A stretch of DNA of 64,000 nt, taken from contig JABIKU010000016.1 of NCBI GenBank assembly GCA_018654845.1, forward strand, positions 3,727 through 67,726, read 5' to 3'. Origin of the DNA: Methanobacteriota archaeon. Lineage in GTDB: Archaea; Thermoplasmatota; Poseidoniia; Poseidoniales; Thalassarchaeaceae. The notes under the pieces were generated by a model. That model was not told where the DNA came from. It did not search any database and worked only from the letters and a program-made list of their open reading frames with translations. The position numbers were made by a program, and so were the translations under genes. Shown piece by piece: positions 10,164-19,968 of the stretch; within the stretch, counting starts at the first letter, position 1, and every line of letters starts with the position of its first letter.

Positions 10164-10949
10164 TTATTGATCTTCATTTTCCATAACTCTCCTTATCGCT
10201 TCTATATCGAAGGCGCTAACTGCAACTTCTAGTGCAGCTTCTAGAGAATACCATTCTACCTTTTCAATTTCATCATCCTTCGGAATGATTTGGGTGGCAT
10301 CTATATCCATCATCGTGTGGTAAGTAAATGATAGCCAATTCAATCCATTTTCACCAAATATCGCTTGTTGAATGAGTGCTCCATCAACACCTGGAATTTC
10401 TTCACCGCATTCCGATTTTGGGTCTGCAATGGTAATATTAAGTCCTAATTCTTCTTTGGCTTCTCGAGTGGCACCAGTACGTGGATGTTCTGAATAATCG
10501 ACAAAACCTCCAGGAAGTGTCCAGCAACCAGTAAAAAATCCTCTCCGAACTTTGGCAAGAAGAATTTCATTTTTTGAATTTTGAATAATAACCTTCGAAA
10601 CCACACGATGCAATGTTCGATAAACTGATTCTCGAGCTACTGGGTCAACTGCACTATCACTGATTACAGCATCCTTCCACGCCCAATTTTCAGGCCAGGA
10701 AATATTTGGTAATGCGATGATAATCTCATGTTCATCATTTCCTAATCGGAAATTATTCCGTCGTTTCTCTGTCCAAGTCAATCCTAGATCGGCAGCTTCT
10801 ATTGGTGTCGGTAAGCGAATTAGAAATTCTCCACCTTCCCAAGTAGTTCTTCCAGTCCGGGGTATCGCAGGACCCGTACCATCGACATATAGGAGGAGTA
10901 GTTTCCCATCATGTTCGAGATGAATGTGTCGTCGCAACGTTATCTCCAT
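10164..10949 (-). CDS. Nudix hydrolase with about 120 aa N-terminal domain of unknown function
   Basis: Nudix box GGFVDYSEHPRTGATREAKEELGL in the C-terminal half. Confidence 0.6.
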   Translation of the reverse strand: MEITLRRHIHLEHDGKLLLLYVDGTGPAIPRTGRTTWEGGEFLIRLPTPIEAADLGLTWTEKRRNNFRLGNDEHEIIIALPNISWPENWAWKDAVISDSAVDPVARESVYRTLHRVVSKVIIQNSKNEILLAKVRRGFFTGCWTLPGGFVDYSEHPRTGATREAKEELGLNITIADPKSECGEEIPGVDGALIQQAIFGENGLNWLSFTYHTMMDIDATQIIPKDDEIEKVEWYSLEAALEVAVSAFDIEAIRRVMENEDQ

Positions 10950-10988
10950 TTAATGATAGAAAGGTTCAGCAATGAACCCAACGGATGT

Positions 10989-11951
10989 TCAATATCCTAA
11001 AATATCGCTTAATTGAGTTTTATAGAAATTTGCAGATTCTTGTAGACTCATTAGTTCATGTTCTTCTAAATCTAATTCAATTATTTCTTCAACTCCATTT
11101 TTACCTAGAATAATTGGTACGCCGATGTATACATCTTCTAACCCATATTCACCGTTTAGGAGGGCAGAACATGGCAATAGCCTTCGCCTATCATTTAACA
11201 CCGCTTCAGCCATAATAGCAGCAGCACTTCCGGGGGCATAGAAGGCACTTCCACGTTCCAGTAATTTGACAATCTCTCCACCTCCACTCGCAGTTCTTTT
11301 AGAAATTGCATCAATGGTTTCTTCATCTAGAAGTTGAGTGATTGGAATTCCTCCAGCTGTAGTATATCTTGGCAGTGGAACCATGGTGTCTCCATGGCCT
11401 CCCAATACCATTGCTTGGACATCTTCATTCGAACATCCGATTGCATCCGAAACAAAGTGAGTCATGCGAGCAGAGTCCAGAATTCCTGCTTGGCCAATTA
11501 CTCGATTCGAAGAGAATCCTGTAACTTTTTGCATGTGATATGTCATTAAATCTAGTGGATTGGTCACCATGATTATGATTGCATTCGGAGCGTGCTCCTT
11601 AATTCCAGTTCCAACTTGAGTGATAATTTCTGCATTTTTACCGATTAAATCTTCTCTTGACATCCCCGGTTGTCTCGGGAAACCCGAAGTGACGACGATT
11701 ACGTCTGAATCTGCAATGTCTTCGTAACTTGATGTTCCAGTTACAATTCCATCATAATTCAAAACCTGTCCGCCTTGACTCATATCTAGAGCTTTACCTT
11801 TTGCAAACCCTTCATAAATATCCAAAAGAACAATTTCACCCAATTTTCTTTGTGCTAGAACGAATGCACAAGATGCCCCAACGTTCCCTGCACCAATCAC
11901 TGTAATTTTTCTCGCTTCGCGTGCCATGAACTCACTTCGTTTTGACCGCAT
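10989..11951 (-). CDS. mdh: Malate dehydrogenase (LDH-like MDH family)
   Basis: 320 aa. N-terminal KITVIGAGNVGAS Rossmann motif and the LDH/MDH family pattern throughout. Confidence 0.85.
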   Translation of the reverse strand: MRSKRSEFMAREARKITVIGAGNVGASCAFVLAQRKLGEIVLLDIYEGFAKGKALDMSQGGQVLNYDGIVTGTSSYEDIADSDVIVVTSGFPRQPGMSREDLIGKNAEIITQVGTGIKEHAPNAIIIMVTNPLDLMTYHMQKVTGFSSNRVIGQAGILDSARMTHFVSDAIGCSNEDVQAMVLGGHGDTMVPLPRYTTAGGIPITQLLDEETIDAISKRTASGGGEIVKLLERGSAFYAPGSAAAIMAEAVLNDRRRLLPCSALLNGEYGLEDVYIGVPIILGKNGVEEIIELDLEEHELMSLQESANFYKTQLSDILGY

Positions 11952-11973
11952 CGCCTTATGTCCTTAGCCTTTA

Positions 11974-12720
11974 GTGAAAGAACGATTCTCAACATGTGCA
12001 GGGACAAGATTCATTTGGGCATGCTATTTAGGAATATTTGTGAAAAATTCTAATAACTCTTACATTCCATTATTGTTAATTGGAATATTTCCGACTTTGT
12101 CGATTTACATTAATTATGGTGTAGATTATTCGGTATTATTTTCTCAAATATCATTTATTACATTAAAGATCCTTCTCATAGGGGTGCCGATATATTGGAC
12201 TCTTCGTGTCGATAAGGAAAAAATAGATTTTTTCATACCTAAATCACTAGGCATCAAATACGGTTTTATTTCAGGAATTGCGATGGCATCAATTATTTTG
12301 ACGACCTATTTGTTATTTTCTAATACTATTAATATTGATCTAATGAAATTTGAAATTGGGGAAACCGGCTTATTGACGCCAAAAATATTTGTTTTGGGTG
12401 TACTATATTGGATTTTTGTCAACTCACTTGCTGAAGAATTTGTTTTCAGAAAATTTGTCGCCACAAAATTATTTGATATTACCGATAATCAAATTATTGC
12501 AATTGCGGGTTCTGCAACATTTTTCACCTTTCATCATACACTGGCTCTGACGTATTATTTTGAACCATGGCAAGTAATCATATCGTCAATTGGTATTTTT
12601 GGAGCAGGTGTGATTTGGTCCTGGCTCTACCTTCGTTTTAATTCTGTATTCGTCTGTTGGATCTCACATTCAATATGCGATGTTGCTATCTTTGGAATCG
12701 GCTATATTTTACTGTTCTAA
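11974..12720 (+). CDS. CPBP family intramembrane metalloprotease (CAAX protease/Abi-like)
   Basis: Multi-TM protein with EEFVFRKF (EExxxR), FFTFHH (FxxxH) and HSICD (HxxxD) motifs. Confidence 0.7.
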   Translation: MKERFSTCAGTRFIWACYLGIFVKNSNNSYIPLLLIGIFPTLSIYINYGVDYSVLFSQISFITLKILLIGVPIYWTLRVDKEKIDFFIPKSLGIKYGFISGIAMASIILTTYLLFSNTINIDLMKFEIGETGLLTPKIFVLGVLYWIFVNSLAEEFVFRKFVATKLFDITDNQIIAIAGSATFFTFHHTLALTYYFEPWQVIISSIGIFGAGVIWSWLYLRFNSVFVCWISHSICDVAIFGIGYILLF

Positions 12721-12845
12721 ACTCTAATTTCATACCGCTTTCATTATTACACCTGAACGGCATCATCCGTTTGATTCAATAATCGTCTTCGTTTCGGAAG
12801 TCCATCTACTATGAGCCTATGGCTGATTATGAGGGGTGACAAAAT

Positions 12846-14006
12846 ATGCTACTTGGAGTTATTAAAGAACCAGATGGTGAAAAAAGGGTCGCTATTATTC
12901 CAAATTCGATTAAGAAATTAAGGAAAGCAGGATTCAATATTATTATTGAAGAAGGAGCTGGAATTAGCGCCAATCATTTAGATTCGGAGTATGAAAAAGC
13001 AGGAGGGAAAATTGGTTCAAGGCAAGATGCATTAACTGCAGATATTATTGTGTCGATTAGATTGCCAGAAGTTTCCATACTTCGAAATTCACAAATGGTG
13101 GCTTGTGTTTCAGATCCATTTCGTAATGCTCAGAAAATTTCTTCTTACATTAAAAAGAGCATCACTTTGTTTTCGATGGATATGATTCCTCGTCGATTAT
13201 CTAGAGCTCAATCCATGGATGTAAATTCCAGTCAAGACAATTTAGCAGGATACAAAGCCGTTCTTTTAGGAGCGTCTCAAGTTCCCAAAGGAATTCCTAT
13301 GATGACAACTTCCGCTGGAACAATTCGACCCGCTAAAGTCGTGATAATGGGGAGTGGCGTTGCAGGTCTACAAGCCATTGCAACAGCCAAAAGACTAGGT
13401 GCAGTAGTATATGCATCAGATGTGAGGAAATCCGCAGCAGAACAAATCGAATCTGTCGGTGGTAGATTTATCGAAGTAGAAGGTATGGATGATTTTGAAG
13501 ATGAAGCTGGATATGCTAAGCCACTAACGCTTGAATTTATTCAAAAAGTGAATGATACTGTATGCGAGGTCGCTTCTGATGCTGATATAATTGTCACTAC
13601 TGCTAGAATTTTTGGTCGACCTGCTCCAATTACGGTTCCCTCATCTGCAGTTTTAAATTTCAAATCTGGAGCAGTAATTGTCGATATGAATTCCGACGTT
13701 GGAGGTAATTGTGAATTAACTAAACCTGGTGAAATTTTCACCACTGATAATGGAGTGATAATAGTAGGGACATCTAATCTTCCAGGAACTGTTGCAAATT
13801 CTGCTAGCATGTTATATTCAAACAATCTTACTACATTTATTACATCTATTTCTAAGGATGGTAATATTGTTCTTTCTGAGGATGATGATATTCTGGTTGG
13901 CCCATCTGAAGATTCAGACTTTTATGTGCCAGGAATGGGAGGAGTATTAATTTGCTCCAATGGTAAAATTCACTCCAAACAAACTCGACTTGGGGGTGTT
14001 TTATGA
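12846..14006 (+). CDS. pntAA: NAD(P) transhydrogenase subunit alpha part 1 (AlaDH/PNT domain)
   Basis: 386 aa. AlaDH/PNT N- and C-domain pattern. Followed by overlapping pntAB and pntB. Confidence 0.85.
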   Translation: MLLGVIKEPDGEKRVAIIPNSIKKLRKAGFNIIIEEGAGISANHLDSEYEKAGGKIGSRQDALTADIIVSIRLPEVSILRNSQMVACVSDPFRNAQKISSYIKKSITLFSMDMIPRRLSRAQSMDVNSSQDNLAGYKAVLLGASQVPKGIPMMTTSAGTIRPAKVVIMGSGVAGLQAIATAKRLGAVVYASDVRKSAAEQIESVGGRFIEVEGMDDFEDEAGYAKPLTLEFIQKVNDTVCEVASDADIIVTTARIFGRPAPITVPSSAVLNFKSGAVIVDMNSDVGGNCELTKPGEIFTTDNGVIIVGTSNLPGTVANSASMLYSNNLTTFITSISKDGNIVLSEDDDILVGPSEDSDFYVPGMGGVLICSNGKIHSKQTRLGGVL

Positions 14007-14314
14007 TGACTCCTGAAATGTTAATTGCTTCCATTACATTATTTGTTCTGGCAATTTTTCTCGGTTTTGAATTAATTACAAAGGTTCCTTCTATGCTACA
14101 TACTCCTTTGATGAGTGGTGCGAATGCTATTTCTGGAATCAGTGTAGTTGGTGCATTGCTTGCAGCGAATGTGGCGTATGAAGGCGGCAATACTGCAATC
14201 TCTGGCTTACTTGCGTTCGTGGCTATCGTATTAGCTATGATTAATGTTGTTGGTGGATTTGCAGTAACAAATAGAATGTTGAAAATGATTGCTGGAAAGA
14301 AGAGGAGGGACTGA
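14003..14314 (+). CDS. pntAB: NAD(P) transhydrogenase subunit alpha part 2 (membrane)
   Basis: 103 aa with three TM helices. Start (ATGA) overlaps the pntAA stop. Confidence 0.8.
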   Translation: MMTPEMLIASITLFVLAIFLGFELITKVPSMLHTPLMSGANAISGISVVGALLAANVAYEGGNTAISGLLAFVAIVLAMINVVGGFAVTNRMLKMIAGKKRRD

Positions 14315-14316
14315 TC

Positions 14317-15741
14317 ATGGATTCATCATGGGTCACTATTGGTTATTTGATTTCAGCCGGTTTTTTCATATTCGGTCTGAAAATGCTTGGGCATCCACGA
14401 ACAGCACCTAAAGGAAATCAATATGGAATGCTTGGTATGCTACTTGCAGTTATTACAACAATTGCACAAATGCAATTAGGTGAGGATGGAATTATTTCTT
14501 GGACATTAATAATTTCTGGAATACTTACCGGTTCAATTATTGGATATATTATGGCCGCAAAGGTCGAAATGACGGGAATGCCTGAATTGGTGGCACTGTT
14601 CAATGGATTTGGTGGAGCAGCTTCCGCTCTCGTTGCTCTTTCTGAAAGTTGGACATATATTGCCGAAGGTCGGATTGAGCCAACTGGATTAGATCTCTAT
14701 GTAATCGTAATTGCAGCTGGGTTATCGGCGTTGGTTGGATGGATGACATTAACTGGGTCACTACTTGCTATGTATAAATTAAAAGGTGGTATTGAAGTAT
14801 TTGGCAAATGGATCAAAACTCCCACATGGGGTCCATCTTGGTTGAATCCTGTCAAGGCAATATTATTCGCATCAGTAATTGCTTTGATTTATTTAAGCAT
14901 CAATGATTTAGGAAACTCAGACTATTTGTGGGGGATAATAGCAGTTTCCTGCCTCTTGGGAATTGTACTCGTATTACCAATCGGTGGCGCGGATATGCCA
15001 GTTGTAGTAAGTTTGTTAAATTCCCTATCAGGTATAGCTGCGGCGTTCACAGGTTTTATCATAAACAATAGTGTGTTAATAATTGCAGGTAGTTTAGTAG
15101 GAGCTTCCGGATTAATTTTGACTTTTATCATGTGTAAGGCGATGAATCGAAAATTGGTTGATGTGCTTTTCAAATCATTTGGAGGGTCTACAAAAGAATC
15201 ACTAACTCGTACAAAAGTTGGAAGTGATGCTGAAGAAGTTGCAATGATGGCTGATGGAGCTCAAAAAATCATCATTGTTCCTGGATATGGGATGGCCGTA
15301 AGTCAATGTCAACACCAGGTGAAGGAGTTCGCTGATTTGATGACTGAGAAATTTGGCACAGAAATCAAATTCGCTATCCATCCAGTGGCTGGTAGGATGC
15401 CGGGCCACATGAACGTACTTCTTGCTGAAGCAAATGTGCCATACGAACAGTTGATTGAAATGGAAAAAATTAATCCTGAGTTTTCAGACTGTGATATGGC
15501 AATCGTAATCGGTGCTAATGACACCTGTAATCCTGAGGCAAGGACTGGAGAGGGACCTCTTGCGGGCATGCCAATCATAGATGCTGATAAGGCTAGAACG
15601 GTAGTGATAATCAAGAGAAGTCTTTCAGTAGGATATGCAGGAATTGACAATGACTTGTTCTATGAAGATAAAACAATGATGCTTTTCGGTGATGGTAAAA
15701 AGATGATGAACGAACTTAATTCTGCTATTAAGGAGTTATAA
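14317..15741 (+). CDS. pntB: NAD(P) transhydrogenase subunit beta
   Basis: 474 aa. N-terminal TM domain plus a C-terminal NADP(H)-binding domain typical of PntB (GYGMAVSQCQH..). Confidence 0.9.
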   Translation: MDSSWVTIGYLISAGFFIFGLKMLGHPRTAPKGNQYGMLGMLLAVITTIAQMQLGEDGIISWTLIISGILTGSIIGYIMAAKVEMTGMPELVALFNGFGGAASALVALSESWTYIAEGRIEPTGLDLYVIVIAAGLSALVGWMTLTGSLLAMYKLKGGIEVFGKWIKTPTWGPSWLNPVKAILFASVIALIYLSINDLGNSDYLWGIIAVSCLLGIVLVLPIGGADMPVVVSLLNSLSGIAAAFTGFIINNSVLIIAGSLVGASGLILTFIMCKAMNRKLVDVLFKSFGGSTKESLTRTKVGSDAEEVAMMADGAQKIIIVPGYGMAVSQCQHQVKEFADLMTEKFGTEIKFAIHPVAGRMPGHMNVLLAEANVPYEQLIEMEKINPEFSDCDMAIVIGANDTCNPEARTGEGPLAGMPIIDADKARTVVIIKRSLSVGYAGIDNDLFYEDKTMMLFGDGKKMMNELNSAIKEL

Positions 15742-15789
15742 GTTCAATATTTCAAAATCAAAGGCCGCCGAGTAATGGTTATGAGATGA

Positions 15790-16818
15790 ATGATTCTCCA
15801 AAGTTTCAAAGGTGTTAGGATGCGGTCCCGGGTAACACAAGCACTAATCGTATTACTCATTGTGGGAATGCTTTCTTTTTCATCATTAGCTAGTAATAAT
15901 GGGCCTCCGGGGACAAATGATCAAGGAGATTCTACAGTTGAATATGGATGTACTTGCCATAATTCTGGTTCACCTTCAAATCAAGCAGTGGTAATGATTA
16001 CTGGGATACCAGTAATGTATGAAATGGGTTCATCTTATGACTTTACAATAACTGTCGCAGATTCGTTAACACTTTCAGGCGGAGATGGAAATACAAAAGC
16101 GGGATTCCTATTCTCTTCGAATTCTGTTGGTCAATTTTCTTGGTCTGATGATGAAGATATTCGAAATGCGGACGGTAATCCTGATGATATTTCAAACTCA
16201 GATGCTGACGCGGATGGAATTTGGGTTGTAACTTGGAGTGCCCCTTCGAGCGATGTTGGTTCAGTTCACTTTTATTTAGCTGGAAATTCAGTAGATAGTA
16301 GTGGTGCTGCTGATGCTGGTGATTATTGGAATTTATTGAGTTTTTCTATTACTGCACCAGGAACAATTTCTGAAGATGAAAGTGGTGCTGTGCTTTCTAC
16401 CCGAACTATCTCAGTCGGTGATTACGATTCATTATTTGTTATCGAAGAATCCGCATCAGAAATAGAAGCAGCGCGTCAGAAGGCGATATCAGAAAGAGTG
16501 TTTTCCCAAGGAAATTTATTCTATTGGTTTAGTTTGGCATTATTAATTGTCGGGGCAGTTGTTCAGAGAGAAATATTTGATAGAAAGTATGGTGAAAACC
16601 CCGAATACCTCTCCTCCGAATTAGCGTATCCTCAAGGATTACGTCGCGGATTAGTTGCCATATTATCATTCTATTTTGGAGTGAAGTGGTTATCCGAAGG
16701 AAATGTTTCTGATTTTTCCGTTGGAATGACGTTATTCGTCAGTGGATGGGCTTTTTACGGAGTTTATCGAACAGTTTTGTCAACCACAATTGACCCCGAA
16801 GTCAAGGATATACTTTGA
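15790..16818 (+). CDS. Hypothetical secreted protein with acidic extracellular domain and C-terminal TM helices
   Basis: 342 aa. Signal-like N-terminus, D/S/G-rich ectodomain, and 2-3 C-terminal TM segments. Its stop overlaps the next gene's start. Confidence 0.4.
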   Translation: MILQSFKGVRMRSRVTQALIVLLIVGMLSFSSLASNNGPPGTNDQGDSTVEYGCTCHNSGSPSNQAVVMITGIPVMYEMGSSYDFTITVADSLTLSGGDGNTKAGFLFSSNSVGQFSWSDDEDIRNADGNPDDISNSDADADGIWVVTWSAPSSDVGSVHFYLAGNSVDSSGAADAGDYWNLLSFSITAPGTISEDESGAVLSTRTISVGDYDSLFVIEESASEIEAARQKAISERVFSQGNLFYWFSLALLIVGAVVQREIFDRKYGENPEYLSSELAYPQGLRRGLVAILSFYFGVKWLSEGNVSDFSVGMTLFVSGWAFYGVYRTVLSTTIDPEVKDIL

Positions 16819-17918
16819 AGATGTCATCACTTGTCAAAAACGATTTTAGCTTTGATTTTACAAATCATCTCATCCAATTAAGAAGCATCTTTCAAAAATC
16901 AGCACTGATGGTAATTATTTCTTCAATAATCCTATCATTTTTCATCGACGACTTAATTTTATTATGGTTTGAATTTATTAATATCGGACATAACTCATTG
17001 AATTTAACAAATTATTCGCCTTCAGATTGGCTGAGTATTAGATTCTCTCTCGTCTTAATATTAGCATGTATTGTTGTGTTGCCATTTTTTTCGATAATGC
17101 TTCGTAAATTTACAATTATCGGCATGACATCTAAAGAAAATTTATGGTTCACACTGACACTATTCTTCAGTACAACATTAACTCCTTTGATTTTCATTTT
17201 GGTCTGGATATATATAATTCCGTTATGGATCGAATTATTTGAAATTGCATCATTGGTTGAATCCGTAGGGAAAAGATATGATGCAGTATCAATACTTGGA
17301 ATTGGAATAGGTATTTCTTGGGTAATATTGATTGGTAACATGGTGATAATGACATTAGGGTTCGCTAGGTTAATTGGTTTGGTTGAAAATGGTCAAGCTA
17401 AATTCAGGATACGCATTATGCTAATATCCACCTCAATTCTAATATTATCACTCCCATTTGTTTATGATGGTTTGCGAGTGTTTATTTCTGTAATTACCAT
17501 TCTTATTGCAGATCGAATTTCAACAACAGTACCTAACCCTATACTTGGTACAAGAATATTCGAAGTATCTGATGTCTCTTTCAAAGGAAAAATCAGTAGA
17601 ATAGGGGTGATTGATTGTTCTTGTGAAGGATCTAGCCCAACCATTCCTGATTCATGGAACTATGAAGGTGTAGCAAATCCAAAGTGTAATGCAATATGTT
17701 TAAATTCATTTGAACAATATGCAATAATTGATTTAATTGTTGAAAAAAAGTTATCTCAACTAATAATCACTGGCTGTGATGCTTCACCTTTGCCCGTTTG
17801 GATGCAAGAAAGAATCAAAAATAATCGATGTGAATTTTCAGGATTAAATTGGCTTGACTGTTCGAATATTAACGAAGACGGAATGCTCAAATCTCTCCAA
17901 TTTCCTTTAGAAGAGTAG
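16815..17918 (+). CDS. TatC-like polytopic membrane protein with C-terminal Cys-rich extension
   Basis: The N-terminal 240 aa align by eye with TatC (HLIQLRSIF vs HLIELRKRL; FFIDDLI vs YFANDIY; IRFSLVLILACIVVLPFFS vs IKLTFMVSLILSAPVILYQ). Then a roughly 110 aa domain with 7 Cys follows. Confidence 0.45.
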   Translation: MKMSSLVKNDFSFDFTNHLIQLRSIFQKSALMVIISSIILSFFIDDLILLWFEFINIGHNSLNLTNYSPSDWLSIRFSLVLILACIVVLPFFSIMLRKFTIIGMTSKENLWFTLTLFFSTTLTPLIFILVWIYIIPLWIELFEIASLVESVGKRYDAVSILGIGIGISWVILIGNMVIMTLGFARLIGLVENGQAKFRIRIMLISTSILILSLPFVYDGLRVFISVITILIADRISTTVPNPILGTRIFEVSDVSFKGKISRIGVIDCSCEGSSPTIPDSWNYEGVANPKCNAICLNSFEQYAIIDLIVEKKLSQLIITGCDASPLPVWMQERIKNNRCEFSGLNWLDCSNINEDGMLKSLQFPLEE

Positions 17919-17964
17919 TTCAAGGATGCATTGGATTGAAAGCAGGTATCGATGAGCGTGAAGT

Positions 17965-19968
17965 ATGAATGCAGCGAGGGCCATTGCTGCAGTCACATTA
18001 TTGCTATTCGGCTTATTTGTGAATACAAATCCCGCATTGGTCGATGATTGGTTAGAGTCAAATGTTGATAATTCGGATAATGAAGAAAATATTTTAGTAG
18101 GTATTCAACCTAGAGAAAATTGGCTTGTCCTCCAAGTATCTTTTCCGTCTCATGAATTTGATAAACAAGCTGCTTTAGCACAATTATCTGGATCTGACTC
18201 TGTTGAATCATATATTTCTCAAGTTTCTGCAGAGAATTCAATAGTTGTAACCACATTATTTGGAGAAACTTGGGAATCTGTTGAACCTTTACGGTTTTGG
18301 GGTGCAGATAGCTCTGAAACACGTGATTCTGGATTAGATGGCGCTGGAGTTGGTGAATTAGTAAAACAGGTTGTTAAATCTAGATTGACTGATGAAAATC
18401 TTTCCCAATGGGATTTAAATTCAGATGGTATTATTGATCGATTATTAATTCTTCATTCTGCAAACCCACAAGAAATCAGTGGAAACTCTAACTCAATTTG
18501 GAGCCATTTTTCTGAATTAGATGAACCGATAAAACTTGGATCATGGACAATTCCTCATTACACAATTGCCTCTACTGAATCCGGAATGGGAACTATTGCT
18601 CATGAAATGATACATCAGATGGGGGCATTAGATCTTTATGATGTACATAGTGAATTACCCACTCGTTCTTGGAATGGCGTAGGTGATTGGGGGTTGATGG
18701 CCAGTGGTAATTGGAATGGAAATGGAGCCTCTCCTGCACTGCCCATTGCCTCGACCTTGGGTATTATTGGTGCGAATAGATCAATTATTATCGATCCATA
18801 TATTGGTGGTGAATTTGAATTATTTCCGTTATCTAATGGGGGTCAATATCTTTCTATTGAAAGTTCAGAGAATGAATATTTCCATATTTCATATCGTTCA
18901 GTTCATGGATTTGATTCAAGTTTACCTGGTTCAGGAATTTTGGTCGAGCATCAAAATAGGAATAATGGCGATGAAAGAAACAATTTAGTCAATACTGATC
19001 CAAAAAATGCTTGGGTAATTATTGTCGAAGCAGATGGTGATGATGCGTTAATCCGTAATCGAGATCGCGGTAGTTCTGGGGATCCATTTCAATCTGGAGA
19101 TGTGTTTGGGGGAATTAATTATGAAAATGGCATGTCACTCAGGGATTATCGGGGCAGATTAGTTAATTGGGTTGCCGAAGTAAACCATATAACGGTGGAT
19201 AGTGCTGTAATTACAATTTCTCCTACTCAATCCGTTGATTCTGTAAAAGTAATCCCCCCTCCTTCTCCGATTGAATTATTGGAAGGTGAATCGGCTTTTG
19301 TTGATGTCATTGCCCCTTTTTCTTGTAATTTAAATTACAATATTTCATCATTTCCTGGACATAATTATTTTGATTCAATAATTATTCCTGAAGGATTGAA
19401 TTTAATCAAAATCATTGAAGTCAATAGCAGTTCTCCCACTGCTGGAAAAATCAATGGATTGATTGGTTGCTCAAATTCAGACTCAACGAATTTTGAATTA
19501 GATTGGTATATGGTTGGAAACCGAATAATTACGACAGAGGTCATTTTGAAAATTAATTCTAAACAAAGTTCTCAAATTATTGTTAATCTTGATTATGCAG
19601 GGACGGGTTCTCGAAATTATGACATCACTATAGATGGTCCTGCATCAAGAATTTCTAGTGTCCTCTCTCAAGGTGAAATAACTTCAGGAGAAGGAATAGT
19701 AATCGATATTGACCCCGATGGGCTATTGGTTCCAGGCATGATTGCAAAGGGGGAAATAATTTTTGTCGATGATTTCGGAATAGAACAAAGAGTTCATATT
19801 GTTTTTGAAGCGGAATCCTCTTTTGATACAAATTCAATCCTTTCTTGGTTATCGGAACCGTCAAATGGAATATTGATGATTACAATTCTTCTGGCTTTTT
19901 CTATTATCAGTGGAGGTAAAGATAAAACCAATCAAAAACTTCAGCCAAATGACGAAACAGAACATTAA
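17965..19968 (+). CDS. Secreted M6-family (immune inhibitor A-like) zinc metalloprotease with C-terminal TM anchor
   Basis: 667 aa. Signal peptide, HEMIHQMGALDLYD (HExxHxxGxxDLYD, the M6 signature), and a C-terminal hydrophobic anchor. Confidence 0.65.
   Translation: MNAARAIAAVTLLLFGLFVNTNPALVDDWLESNVDNSDNEENILVGIQPRENWLVLQVSFPSHEFDKQAALAQLSGSDSVESYISQVSAENSIVVTTLFGETWESVEPLRFWGADSSETRDSGLDGAGVGELVKQVVKSRLTDENLSQWDLNSDGIIDRLLILHSANPQEISGNSNSIWSHFSELDEPIKLGSWTIPHYTIASTESGMGTIAHEMIHQMGALDLYDVHSELPTRSWNGVGDWGLMASGNWNGNGASPALPIASTLGIIGANRSIIIDPYIGGEFELFPLSNGGQYLSIESSENEYFHISYRSVHGFDSSLPGSGILVEHQNRNNGDERNNLVNTDPKNAWVIIVEADGDDALIRNRDRGSSGDPFQSGDVFGGINYENGMSLRDYRGRLVNWVAEVNHITVDSAVITISPTQSVDSVKVIPPPSPIELLEGESAFVDVIAPFSCNLNYNISSFPGHNYFDSIIIPEGLNLIKIIEVNSSSPTAGKINGLIGCSNSDSTNFELDWYMVGNRIITTEVILKINSKQSSQIIVNLDYAGTGSRNYDITIDGPASRISSVLSQGEITSGEGIVIDIDPDGLLVPGMIAKGEIIFVDDFGIEQRVHIVFEAESSFDTNSILSWLSEPSNGILMITILLAFSIISGGKDKTNQKLQPNDETEH

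Noticed and set aside
15940-15960. C-T-C-H (GCTCHN) in the 342 aa secreted protein as a possible haem-c site near an orphan ccmE
   Set aside because: The haem-c motif is CxxCH. A CxCH spacing is not an established haem attachment site, so this is treated as coincidence.
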